Source: Girardia tigrina
Lineage: Eukaryota
Assembly: GCA_001938485.1 (NCBI GenBank)
Contig: MQRK01242144.1
Location: 34,567-86,719 of the forward strand
Direction: 5' to 3'
Length of the DNA: 52,153 bases
Shown here: positions 27,440-40,064 of the stretch, piece after piece
Layout of the letters: each line of letters opens with the position of its first letter
Position numbering within the stretch: the stretch's first letter is position 1
Program-made: the position numbers and the translations under genes
Notes under the pieces: generated by a model
What the model was told of the DNA's origin: nothing
Seen by the model: the letters and a program-made list of their open reading frames with translations, nothing else
The model's database searches: none

Positions 27440-28257
27440 AAGAGAAAGAGTAATTGCATATGGTTCCCATAAAATGAATAAACATGAACTTGGTTATTGC
27501 ATTACAAGGAAAGAACTGCTTGCAATTTATTATTTCACTCAACATTTTAAACATGTTTTGTATTGGAAAAGATTTTTGTTACGAACGAATCATAAAGTTA
27601 TCACTTTTATGATGACTACGAAAAACTCTATCACACCACAGTTTCAAACATGGATAAATTTTCTTAGTGGTCTTGACATGAAAATAGAATATCGGAAAGG
27701 TGATAAACATTCAAATGCTGACGCGATGTCAAGAAATTCTTGCGAATTGTGTAGCCAATGTCAGACGATGCATGAAGAAGCCAAGAAAGGAAAGATCAAG
27801 ACGAGAATTCTTGCACTGAACCAAGAGTCAGAGGGTTTCAAATGACAAAAGAATAATGAAGAAATAAAAAAAAATGTTGAAGATATCAGAAAAGGGAAAA
27901 CAAGGAAATGGACACTAAAAATGACATCGTGGCAACTCAGGACAATAAATACTGGATCCCAAAAGAAAAACGAACAGACTTTATTGAAGAGATACACAAG
28001 CTGTTATGGCTGCTGGTAGTAAAAAAGTCTATAACTATCTTCGAGAAGATTTTGACATGGCAAATATGAAGAATTTCATTAAAGAAATAATCCAAAGTTG
28101 TTTAAATTGTCAAAAAAGAAAGACATTAACAGCGAAAACGAAAGAAAAATATATAAAATTGTCGACAGATGAACCTGTCCAGAAAATATACATGGACTTC
28201 TATGGAGCATTCAAAAGAAACAAAAACGGATATCAGTACGCACTTGCAATAATATAA
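27440..28257 (+). mobile_element. Ty3/Gypsy pol fragment (RNase H to integrase zinc finger)
   Basis: YCITRKELLAI..F.QHFKH.LY.KRFLLRTNHK, IEYRKGDKHSNADAMSR, SCLNCQKRK, KIYMDFYG. Confidence 0.9.
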
Positions 28258-28684
28258 TAATCTAATAAAAAGTTAATAAGTTAAAAAATATATAACGTTA
28301 TAAGATATAGATTTTCAAATCTATATAAACATAGGGGCGTTTAGGTAAGAAATAAGAATTTAAAATTATTAAGTTGCAATAAGGTTTTAATAAAAATATA
28401 AAGGATTTGAATTTAATAATTAACAATAAGATTTTAATAAAAAAAATAAGAATTTTTTAATACTTAAATTAATAATCTGATATAAAGTTTTTAATAAAAA
28501 AATATTTACATAAATTTATGACGATAAAATCCTATTTATATTTAAACTAATTTATTTCTGATTCGCTTAAAATAAGAAAATAGTTCCTTGAAAAATTGTT
28601 TTAAAAATCGTAATTGTTATAGAAATATATTTTTTACGGGTTATGACTTCATTTAGTGATTTCAAACCTAACATTTATTATAAG

Positions 28685-28814
28685 CATCTTTATTATCGTC
28701 ATCAGAATGGGATAATGATTTTATCAGAAATAAAGAAAAAGCGGTCTCAAAAAATTTTTTTATGTTGAGAAATTCAGGTCAAATAGTTAGCTTAATATTA
28801 GGGTATAAACTTAT
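28685..28814 (+). CDS. Possible PDZ C-terminal exon of the syntrophin-like gene
   Basis: Open frame ..MLRNSGQIVSLILGYKL resembles PDZ end VLRNAGEEVTLTVSF and lies in the expected order. Splice sites are uncertain. Confidence 0.25.
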
Positions 28815-29599
28815 GTGAATTCAAAAGCAAATAAGTACAGTTAGGAAAAGTTAAGAGATTTTGAATAGTACGGGAAATAGAAAAATAAATAAACTCAAAG
28901 TTTTCATACTTAACTCAGTCATCTGTATGAGCAAACATTTTAGCAATTTTTTTCAACTTTAATTCAACAATATCTCCATAGAAAAACTATAATCAATGAT
29001 CTTCTTTCTCTATCGTAAGATTGAAAAGTATTTATTTTTATTTTAATTTTAAAAATAATTTTTCTCTGATAATTTAAAATTCTATTTTTTTTAATAAATA
29101 AATTATTAAAGAAAAATATAATTTTTATAAAAAATTCTAAAGGAAAATCGAAATAGATTTTACACTTCAATTATAAATTTTTATTGATATTTATTTTTTT
29201 GCATATTTTCCTAAAAATGTTTATTGAATTTCTGTTATGTTTTGTTAGTGAGCTTCTTTGGAGAGGAAATATTTTTTTATTTTATGATTTTTAAAATCAG
29301 TTAAATATTAAAAGTCACTGAAAAAAAATATATATTTTGATTAAAATAAATGAAAAATCAATTTAAATTTATACTTTTGTTTTTTTTTTTAATCTTTGTA
29401 TATTTTTTTATTTTATATCCATTTTTTTAATATGTTAATCTTATTATTTTTTAACTAAATTCTTCCTTTCAAAAAATTTTAATCGAAGTTTAATATTCTA
29501 AAATATTCTTAAAATAATTATTTATCTGTAGACTTGGAGCATAAAATATATTTTATTAATGTTTTTGGTTTTAATAAAAGTAATCCTATAAATTGTTCT

Positions 29600-31600
29600 G
29601 GTTGACTTATATTTTTGGAAGAGTTCGGAGACGTTTTGATTTCTCTGGTCAATCCTGAAGAATGAAATTTATTTAATTTAATTGATTATTTATAGAAGTT
29701 AGCATTATTATATAACAGAGGTGAACAGACACTTCTCGATGGGAGTAGCAAATCAAAAATCAGATTTTTGAAGTACAATTTTCCAAGATTCTATTGAAGA
29801 TTCCGATGATTTATGGTACATCTGTAGTGTACAATCCTATGGAATTTTTAATTATTCCAGAGATATAACAGCTTTGTTAAATAATAAATGCTTTTGAAAT
29901 GTAAATTTGTCGCTCGTTATATCAATTTGAAATGAATTCACAAGGGAATCAACTTTAATTTTTTTAAATCTTACAAACTCTAGTCGGAAGTGATCTAGCA
30001 ATTTGTGTAATCTGCGAATTTGAATCTTCAATTTCTGGGTACCTATTCTCAAGCCGAGGAAAGTTATTGAATTATTTAGTCGTCAAATCGTTTTTAAAAA
30101 TTAAACTTTTTTTTTAAACTGAAAATTGTTTCAGTAAAATAAACAAGAGTTTTTTGAATACCCTGTAACTGCAGGTTGAGAGATTGTAAATACTCCATTA
30201 TGTCACTCAGAAACATTAAATCTCTTAGCCAAGAATTGCCTTCTTATTCAGCATAATACTTTCCCTTTTCTTTAAGAGAATTAGTGATAGGGCCTATTAA
30301 ATTAAAAAAATGACTTAAGACTTTGAAGGTTGATAACCATCTTACCAGGCAATAAAAATGTATATCATGGTGATTATCTTCGTCATTCATTTCTTCTTAA
30401 TTTGATTGATTCCAAATTTAGGCATCACATTAACACTTCCAATGAAAAATCTACTGCATGGAACTCTTCTTTTTATTTCAACCGAACTGTCATTTTCCCC
30501 ACTTCTGGCATCCTGAAAACGCTCCATTTAGTATAATCGAACTCTTTTTTAATCTGGGTTGTTTTTTTTTCACTTACAACTGAAACACCCGCTCCACTAT
30601 CCCACAACATAAATACATTGTAATTGTTCAGCTTAACATCGCTCCGCCTGACCCCTCTCTTATCTCCGCAATTTTTGGATATTTTAAGGATAAATCAATA
30701 TTTTTGGATAAACAAATCCTCTTTTTACACAGATTAAACAACGATTATTTTAAGTGCAATCCTTTCTCAAATGCCCGTGTTTTCCACAAAAATAACAATC
30801 ACCTCTGGTTAAATGTTCCTTTTCTGGATTTGGAAGTTTCTTCATTTTGCAATATATCTTCCTTATTTCGTACCAAGTCGAATGCACCGGGTGATTATAT
30901 GGTTGTTTATCTTCTCTCATTACTTTTATTAAATCTTTCTTGGGTTATTCTAATTTCTATTCTTAATATTGGTTGTCTGTCGTTTTTTCTGTCAGTTTCT
31001 ATGTGCAGGATTATCATATCTTCTAACTTGATGTTTGTGTTTCCTTGCCATTTTTGCATAGGATTTTCTGACGGCTAAGACATCCTTCTTTTCTTCTTTT
31101 GACAAGTTGTCCTCATAATCTTAGCTTTCGCTCTCATTTTATCCACCAAGATGTTTGGTTTTAAAAAAAATCGATCCTTCAGAACTTGAGATTTTACCCG
31201 CTTTTTTAACAGTTCATTTAAAGTTTCTTCATCATTGTGTTTCCTGAAATTTTCAATTGTTAACCGAACCCTTAATTCGGATATTAAGAATATTTTAGTC
31301 TCAAATTGAAAAATTTGGCTTAGTTGGTCCAATTCTTCCAACATCGGTACTTTTTTTATAAATGTTTTCTGGAACCAATTTTTGGATTCCACATCTGACA
31401 TTGGTTTCTTACCATCTTCTGCTGAATTTCCCCAAAGAATTTTTCTTTGTCTATCATCCAATAATTACACATTTCCGAGAATGTTAAACCAAAAAAATCT
31501 GATCATTGGCATGTGTCTCTATACCATTTTTGACCTTCTTCAGAATCGACTCCATATTTTGTTTCAATTTGTAAAATAAATCATTTATAACAAAATCGAT
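29600..31600 (-). mobile_element. Decayed Ty3/Gypsy gag-protease-pol fragment
   Basis: Zinc knuckle CYFCGKHGHLRKDC (30756-30797), aspartic protease LWDSGAGVSVV (about 30580-30610), and scraps of RT-connection/RNase H downstream. Confidence 0.85.
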
Positions 31601-32226
31601 ATTTTGAGCAATTGTAAGTTTATTTAAATTCGCGGCAGATTTCGTTCTCAAACAGAACTTTTACAGGTACTTCGTCTTTTGTAAGGATAAAAAAAATTAT
31701 AAACATCTTTTCATATCACATTTCTTTCGAAAATGAAAGCAACTTAATAATAATTAAGTTAAGATAATAATTTTGTAAATTTATTTTTTAAAAAGTTTTA
31801 TTTCATTTTTAAGTGTTATTTTAGTTTTCATTTACAACGAATCAGAATTCAATGTATCTGTAATTTGATATATACTGTCTATTTAAAGTTTTGTCAATGT
31901 TTGTTGTTCTTATAAGGATATTTCAACATGTTTTAACGATACTGAAATATTAATTATTAACGTTGTTAAGAGAACTCACATATTGATTATAATTTTTATT
32001 ATATACACAATTTGGACCATCTTTGAAACAATCCATAATTGAGTCATTGACATTGAAAAAAATAAACTAATAATTTTTATCCGAATATCTGAGACAATTC
32101 GATATATGAATAATCCGTTTAAATTATTTACAACGAATTTCATTGGTTTAAATTAAATGAAATATTAATTATTTAAAAATATTCATTAGACAAAAATAAC
32201 ACCATTTTAATTTTAAATTTTTATTC

Positions 32227-32264
32227 GAAAACATGTTTCGCAACTTTTGTGGCATCTTCAGTTC
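32227..32264 (-). ncRNA. Hammerhead ribozyme (PLE family 3)
   Basis: Minus strand: GAA-CTGAAGA-T-GCCAC-AAAA-GTTGC-GAAA-CATG-TT-TTC. One mismatch in stem II. Confidence 0.75.
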
Positions 32265-33099
32265 TGTATTTAATTAGAAAGTTATTGTTTATATAGAAAG
32301 ATAACCATTACGTCACAGTGTGTTACGTCAAAATACTCTAATATGTTTGGACGAATCACTTTGCACATTTAGACTAGGTTTAAAAAACTTTATCAAGAGT
32401 GCTTCAGTAATTGTTCTTTCATAATTGTGATCAAAGTTACTAATCAAAACCCGAAAATCATTATCAAATACCCTCCTTTGAGTTCCATGACATTTCATTA
32501 TGTGGTCCAAAATTGAGCTTTTTCTACTTGATTGGGTATGTTCTGCAATTCTAGTACGGAGGTGACGATTTGTCTCTCCAATGTACAAGGATTCACACTT
32601 GTGACATTTATATTGGTAAACTAAATTTGCTTTCATACTTAGTTTTAGATTTATTTGAGAAGTAATTTGAAATTTTATTAGTTAGAAACAATACTTTAAT
32701 TGTAACACCTACTGGGGCCTGTTTTTCTAAAATTCGTTTAAAATCCCTAGCACCTTCGGAATATGGAATTTTTAAATAAAATTTTTTTGAATTAATCACT
32801 TTCTCAGTTGCATTCAAATTTTTATTAATTTTGTCTTTTGATTTTAAATAAATTGACTCCACAGTATTTTTAATGATGTTATTTAAATATTTCTTATTAT
32901 AACCATTATTACTAAGTCTAAAAGTAACTTTGATCACAATTATGAAAGGACAATTACTGAAGCACTCTTGATAAAGTTTCTTAAACCTAGTCTAAATGTG
33001 CAAAGTGATTCGTTCAATCGTATTAGAGTATTTTGACTTAACACACTGTGACGTAATAGTCATCTTTCTATATAAACAATAACTTTCTAATTAAATACA

Positions 33100-33137
33100 G
33101 AACTGAAGATGCCACAAAAGTGGCGAAACATGTTTTC
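33100..33137 (+). ncRNA. Minimal hammerhead ribozyme, inverted copy (PLE family 3)
   Basis: GAA-CTGAAGA-T-GCCAC-AAAA-GTGGC-GAAA-CATG-TT-TTC. Perfect 5-bp stem II, 3-bp stem I, GUU triplet. Confidence 0.85.
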
Positions 33138-33766
33138 GAATAAAAATTTAAAATTAAAATGGTGTTATTTTTGTTTAATGACTAAATTGCCATTTGATTT
33201 AAAGAAACTTAAATATTCATTAGATTTATAAATTTTAAATAATATTAATCAAATCATTCAAAATTTTACAATTATTTTAAACTTAAATCAAGTGAGTCTC
33301 AAACAATAAGAATTAAAATAAATATCAACCATTTGGGTAGGAGAGACAACATTCCAAATCAGCCCGCAACATTCAAAGACATCAAACATTCCTCACAAAA
33401 ATTTTGTTTGAATTTCAAATAGAGTACATATTATTTGCTTTTCCTTGGACAACGTCAATTAAAACTTTAACTACTCGATCCTAAAATAATAAAATAGAAA
33501 TATAAATATTTTATGTTAAACAAATGACAGCTCATCACTGCTTATCATTATTGATAGAAGATTATTTTCTCGTTCTCCTGACTTACATTAAACTGAATTC
33601 TAAAATAAAAAAATTTTCTTTTTAGAAAAAACAATACAAAATCAATTTTTTTATTTTAAAATAATTCGATCATTAAATTTTAATTTAAGAATAATATAAA
33701 ACTTTTATAAAATTTGAAGTATTTTTTAATAAAAAATCTCATACTTCTTCGAGTTTATGTTCTAAT

Positions 33767-34380
33767 TAGGGAATTCTATTTCGGTCGATTTTACAATCCC
33801 GGGATTCCGAAACAATTTTTCTTCCAATCCCGGGATACCGATATCCCGAACTTTTGGGATTGATATATAAAGTTTTTTATATAAAATGTATAATAAGAAA
33901 ATTATATAAAGAAAAACTTTGTTCCACAAATTATATATTTAACACAACTTAATTCATTTGAATACAGTCATCCACATGTGTAAAATAAAATTTCAATAAG
34001 GTAAGTTCACTAAGAGTATCATCATAAAGTCTGGAGCAAAGCTTTGTCATAAAAAGACCACTAGCAGAGAAAGCTCGCTCTGTATCAATAGTTGTAGGAG
34101 GAATAGTCATTAAGGCTTTATATAGAGATTCCAGTATTTTCCCACCGCTAACCAGTCGATTGATTAAAAGCCATTTCTCTTTTGATAGTGACTTTCCCAT
34201 TGTCATCAGGTGGAGAATTCGGTAAATGATGCCACTTTCATCACATCCGTCAGCCTTTCAGCAATAGTGAGTTCCTTTGGAGGTACTTTATACACAATGT
34301 TAATTTCTTCCGTCCTAGGCGTCCCTTGTGATGCATTGCTAGTTGAATCATTTTATCCATCAATTAATGTCTAAATCGGA
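33767..34380 (-). mobile_element. hAT transposon 3' fragment
   Basis: Dimerisation motif LMTIPPTTIDTERAFSASG..SRLYDDTL. TAGGG terminus with subterminal aatcccgggat repeats. Confidence 0.85.
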
Positions 34381-34824
34381 ACCTATTAAAAAAGGATCTG
34401 CGTTCTTTTTTTAATAGTGTAAATTGTTGGTCCATTTTTTTAATACATCCAAAACGTTATAATGACTAAATGTTGTTAAAATATAATGTTATAAAATTTT
34501 ATTTTTGATTTTCTGTCACAAATATTTTTAATTGTCATGTTTATAACCTTACAAATATTTACTTAATTAAAATTCTTCATCCACCTTTTTGTAATTTTTT
34601 TAGAAGAAATTAGTAATTATTTTTAACTACGGCTCTGTGGAAAAATAAAATATTTCAAAAGATTTTTAGATTAATGTTTGTTTTGGATATTTGGATATTT
34701 TGCCTTCTCGATGCCCTACCCTCCGGATGCTCCGTCTTCCGACGCTGATACAAATTCATAAAAAGATGAGGTAGTGCATTCGACGATACTTTGATACCAA
34801 CCCGCATACCAACTCAGCATGAAT

Positions 34825-34920
34825 TCAACCATCAAACTACAGTTTATTTTTTGTGGACCTTGTTACCGGTGTCCATACTCAGGCTATTGAATCTTATCGG
34901 AATAAAATGAGAAACATGGA
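34825..34920 (+). mobile_element. Merlin (IS1016/IS1595-like) transposase fragment
   Basis: FFVDLVTGVHTQAIESYRNKMR matches the FVDP.TGVHTQ.IESYW motif. A second scrap, VDETVFGR, lies at about 18215-18243. Confidence 0.8.
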
Positions 34921-35670
34921 AAGTTAATATTAGGAATCAAGAAAATCATATTTTTTATAAATGCTGGGCCCTTTTTTAATCGGGCAAACATAAAAATCCG
35001 TTTATTTTAAAAATGTAATTTAGGGCCAATTTTTTAATAGATTACATTATAGCTACTTTTTTTACATCAAACGTCACAGTTTTTGTTCCTTTTTTATCCA
35101 AGGGGTAATGTATCGAATGGTAAAAACTTCCATAATTTCTGCATAACTATCTGAATCGTAATCTGCTATGGTCGAAGATGTGGGATTTAGTTCGATTTTG
35201 TGTTTTTATTATTCAAATCACCAGATTGATTTTCTATTAACATTTGTGATCCGCTTCTTTCAAGTTTTATGTTTGATGTCATCAAAGACAAAAAACATTT
35301 GATAATAACTATCAACTCTATTAATATATTTCAAAATATTTTCATAGTTACAATTCTGAATTATTTGTTTATAAAATTATGAAACATCCATTTGTACTAT
35401 TCTCAGCTATTTCATTTACCAAATTACGAACTAATTTATTAACCACTGATTCCTATATCGATTTATCCAACATTATCCAACCTAATCCAACTCCAAACCT
35501 TAATATTCGAAACTATCAGACCAGATTTCAATCTTAAAGTAACCCATATATTTTGTTCCTCTTAAAACTCAGTAATCTTTTTGTGGTGATCGACAGTACA
35601 TCTTTTTTTATCCTTCTGTTCAATCGTTATAATTAATATGAGTTTATCGAATAATTTTCATATTTTTTAT

Positions 35671-36419
35671 GGTAAGGGAACACTTAATTTCGAGACAGTT
35701 AATCCCGGACACTTGATCCCGATGACATTTATTAATAACAAAAAATAACAAAAGTCTCCAATAAATATTATTATTAATTAAACATTAGCTTTCAGGAGTA
35801 TGACATATGAGCCATTGCACGTAGAAACACAAATAACTCAACACGATTATAGGCTGTCACAGCTCTTTTTACTCTTTCATTCAAAGTACGATATATCTTC
35901 TTAGCTGTGTGTCTAATGCCGGCAAAACCTTGAAACAGCAGTGTTGCTGATCCCATTAATGAACTTCCACTTTGTCGAGTGATGATATTGAAAGAAAGAC
36001 TGAAGGTCATGATGACGCTCTTCAACCGAGTTTGTCATTCTCAAAATTCCTGCAGTTGCAGCCTCGTGCTGATTCCACTATTCAACTTTAAAGAGTGATA
36101 AGCCATAAGCTACATTAAGACCCCTCAAGCGTCGACCGACTTGATTTATTCCATCTTCATATACAAAATGGATGGAATAAAGCTGAAAAAAACTCCGTGG
36201 GTACAAAGGCAAAGGTTCCATCAGCAATCCAGGTCTTCGGGATCAAGTTACCTGCAATTACCTCGGGATCAAATATCCTCGGGATTAAATGTCATCGGGA
36301 TTAAGTGTCTTCAGGATCAAGTATCCTCCTGATTAAGTGTCCGGGTTTATTGTACCGGGATTAACTAATTGTAACTAATTTAATTAACATAATTTAATTG
36401 TAACTAAGTTCCCGTTAAC
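35671..36419 (-). mobile_element. MULE/Mutator-like deleted element with repeat-structured TIRs
   Basis: Ends ggtaagggaac / gttcccgttaac, arrays of cgggattaagtgtc units in inverted orientation, and C-terminal peptide FLRAMAH. Confidence 0.7.
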
Positions 36420-36743
36420 TATTATATATAGAAACAAATGAAGTATTTAAATATGTTTTGAATGTTATAAAAGTTTTAATATATGTATACATATATATAT
36501 ATATATATATACCTTATATTCAGCAGTATTTTTGTTACGTTCAGTAATTATTCATATTTAGTTTCCTCTGAACAATTTTATTTCTACATAAATTTTATTT
36601 TTATTTTTATTCCTATAAAATTTATGTAAAAATTTAAAATGTAATGGATTTTGATGAAATAATAAATATTTATAGTGATACTGTTCTTTGTTAATATTGA
36701 CTTTATTATTATAAAGTGTCATTTATAAATGTTACTTTGACAG

Positions 36744-39700
36744 AGTTCTACTAAATTCGCGGATCAACCGATGGAAAACAACAATAAACCCAAAACAACC
36801 TCTCCTTTTGTTATCCAAAATCACATTTCCCATAAAAGCGATTCCGATGGCAGCACAGAAAACATTCACAAATTACCAACAAATGAATATTCTTATTTAA
36901 CAGAAAAATTTACTGACAAAAGATTTTCCAAAGATAACACTTCTTGGATTGTGGGATTACGTATTTCTCTTCAATATGCTTATTTATCCGTTTTTGAATA
37001 TAGCAGAATCTCCAACCAGTGAGTGAGTTTCTAATAATTTACTTCATATAATGTTATTGTTTCTTTAGTAACACTATCAACCCCATGGTATCTTTATTTT
37101 TTATTTATAATTAACCTAGACATAATGAATAAAAGAACTAAGAATTTTCTTTGACAATCTTTTAAAACACTAAAAATTTTGCCCTTAAAATTGTAAAAGT
37201 CTTTTGTAATGATTCCTGTTGACCTTAATACCCTTCCTTCCGTACTCTGCAATGACATTTGAAGAAATATTGAGTTATTATTAAGAAATGCTTTGCTAAA
37301 TTCTTTAATTGAATCTATTATCTGGGCTTTTTAAGGCCATTTTTGGTGTAAAATGTGCATCCCACTTTTGTAGATGTACACCCGAAAATTGGGCTATTTA
37401 TATGTAAAGCATGGGTTCATTAAAAATACACACACTGCTATTCCACCCACTCTCTACCTCTCGCACATACACGCTCCTACACAAAGTCATTTCAAATTGT
37501 ATGCTTATTTAATAAGTATAAAATATTCTTTGGTTCTTAACCTTTTAAATCCAGTGTATATGTGTGATGTAACAATTTTTGAGTAAAAATAAATATTTTA
37601 TACTGTACACCCACATTTTCTTAGGTTACACCCAGCTTGAAACCTTAAACAAAACCCTACTATTACTAACAAATTTTGTTTACAAATAGCTGAACAGATA
37701 AAAATGATTATTGTCAAAAGCAAGGTTGGCAAGTAAATGATTCAGCTGCGCAAATCTAGATTTGATAATTCTTTATACAGAACCTTGGTTGAAGACTTTG
37801 AATTTTATTAGGCAAGTCAAGGAAAGTATTTTAATTATTTATGCTGACAATTAAAGCAATATCAAAGACTCTGTCTAAATACCCTTAATATCACATATTT
37901 GGTATGTAAAAACTCAACAGTGTTACATCACAAGTTACAATATTTTCAAGAAAATTAAAAACTTTCTTCTATAACGAGAGAAGATTGTTTTCGTTTTTCA
38001 ATCATTTCAAACATTAGAAATTGCAAAAATAATTATTGAAATTGAATTTTATAACTAATTTTAGCAACATCTTCACTGTTTTCTGGCTTATTCGTCCAAG
38101 TACAAAGTAATTGACCTTCCATAACCGCATAAATATTCATGTGTTCTACTTTTTTCTGCAGATTTCTTAAAATTTTTCCTTTTTCTTATTGCCAAAAGCA
38201 TTTACTCCTTTTTGCTGGTTTCTTTTTTTTTACCATTTTTGTATCGTTCGTGAAAACGTAATGGTGATGCAAAATTTCAATTCCTTGAAAATATTAATTC
38301 TTTCTTAACTCCTTTACCGTGGAAAAAAATTTTTTTTTGGAAACTGTGAAATTGTTTTCTTTCATTATTTGATTTGTTATGTTGTCCTAGTTATTAATCT
38401 ACACAAACTACACTATGCATAAATTATAATCATAATAAATAAAGATTAATCTGAAGACGAGTTAACTCGTGATGTACGGTTAAGCCCAAGATTTCATATG
38501 GCGAGTTAACTCGTGACACACGGTAAAGGGGTTAATTAATTTCTATGTGATTTTAATAACTTTATTACATAGTTGAGCTTTTGTATCTTTTAAAACGTTA
38601 TTGTTTTAAAAGATAAAAACCAAAAATTATAATGTAAAATAACAGATAAATTTCACGAAAATTATATTATAAATAATGTTTTTGATAAATAAATATTGGA
38701 TTTAAATTAATTATTTTTTATGTTATTAGGTCGTCAAGTATAAAATTTATAGAACTAAAGTCAAAGTTTATTGATAATTTACCAATAAAAATATTTATCA
38801 TCAAAGTATAAACCAATATTATCAACTCATTTTTGTCATTTGAACAGCAGCCTGTTGAGGCTATTTGAATAAAAAATTGGTGGGTGAGAATCTATACATT
38901 CTTGGAAGGCCGTTTTAACGGAAACTTAAGAATTTATTTTTTTCCTATCAAAATGTTGTTCAAATTGAGGAAGAAATTGTAATCAGTTTTTGCTAGATTT
39001 GGTCAATATGGAGAATGAAGCAGGACTTTTAACTCATGTTTTAGTAGTTTTGTCACAGTCTTAAGTGCAGTATATAGTTTTGCATTGTTGAGAAGCAAGA
39101 TAGGAGTTGACTTGTTTACCAAATGAGGCTGTTTTTTGTGATGGCCCAGACTTCACGGTTACCCTTTCTTCGTCATTGTCAACCTGCTTTCCCGGACTAC
39201 TCTAAGACTCCTTATTGAGGTTACAATTACCTTTCATGAATTTTCTGAACCCATTTGAGACTGTCCGCGGCGTAGTAGCATTTTATCTGAATACGCTTTC
39301 GATGTTTCATATGATTTCTAATGATTACGTTTTACGTAGGAACTCGTACTTCATAATAATTCCAATTTCTGATTTTTCCATTTTTAGAGAGTTTGGCTAG
39401 AGACACAAAAATTTAAGTGAATTAAATCAATTTTTAATTTTGTTTTTCTTTACATTTTTTTAAATTGAAATTTTTTGATCACGAAAAGGAACCTGTTTTA
39501 TTTTAAATTTATTTCGTTGAGTTCCAATTAAAACGATCTGTTTATTTTTGAGTGAAAATTTTTGTCGAGTTACGATTTATAGTTTTGCATGAAAATTTTG
39601 ATCAAGAGAGTGACCACTTTGATTAATTAATGTGATTGTTGAAACGCTTTTATTGAAAAGCAAATGAAGAATTTTTGTTTAACAAAAATTTGAGATGGAT

Positions 39701-40018
39701 TTCGGATGACCATTTTATAAAATGATTTTATGAACGAGGCTTAATTTTTTATGAATTTTGAATTTTGTCAAGTTCTAAAATTATCAGAGCACGATTATGA
39801 CATACCCGAGCATCAAATGCACTATTTAGACTCTGCTACTACCGGTTAGTCTCCATGGAAACATCGGTACTGTAATGAACAATTTGAAAAACTTTCGCTT
39901 TTAAAACTAGCACTAAAACTTTAAAACACTAAATTATAATTTCAGATGAGAGAATACAAAATTCTGAAACATATTCAATAATCAATTTCATAAAAAGCAA
40001 TAAAAAATTATTTTTCAA

Positions 40019-40064
<46 letters not shown>

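Larger units (their letters stand above)
32183..33181 (-). mobile_element. 5'-truncated PLE (GIY-YIG C-terminal half) with 259-bp inverted pseudo-LTRs 32183-32441 and 32923-33181
   Basis: ANLVYQYKCHKCESLYIGETNRHLRTRIAEH..TEALLIK..KPSLNVQ. The arms are reverse complements that include the ORF end. Confidence 0.93.

Noticed and set aside
28650-28710. Minus-strand CATT-CTGATGA...GAAA-TCAC-TA-AATG hammerhead-like string
   Set aside because: Stem II pairs poorly, there is no palindrome and no PLE context; plausible by chance in AT-rich DNA.
29696-29800. + strand DGSSKSKIRFL resembling the syntrophin SU motif
   Set aside because: It is out of domain order and lies antisense to a decayed Gypsy pol; probably coincidence.
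36230-36365. Short spaced repeats resembling a CRISPR array
   Set aside because: Units are about 14-16 bp with no unique spacers and mirror the left end of a MULE-like element; the context is eukaryotic.
38451-38475. CTGAAGA-CGAG-TTAA-CTCG looks like a hammerhead 5' half
   Set aside because: No GAAA follows; it is the subterminal palindrome of the piggyBac MITE.
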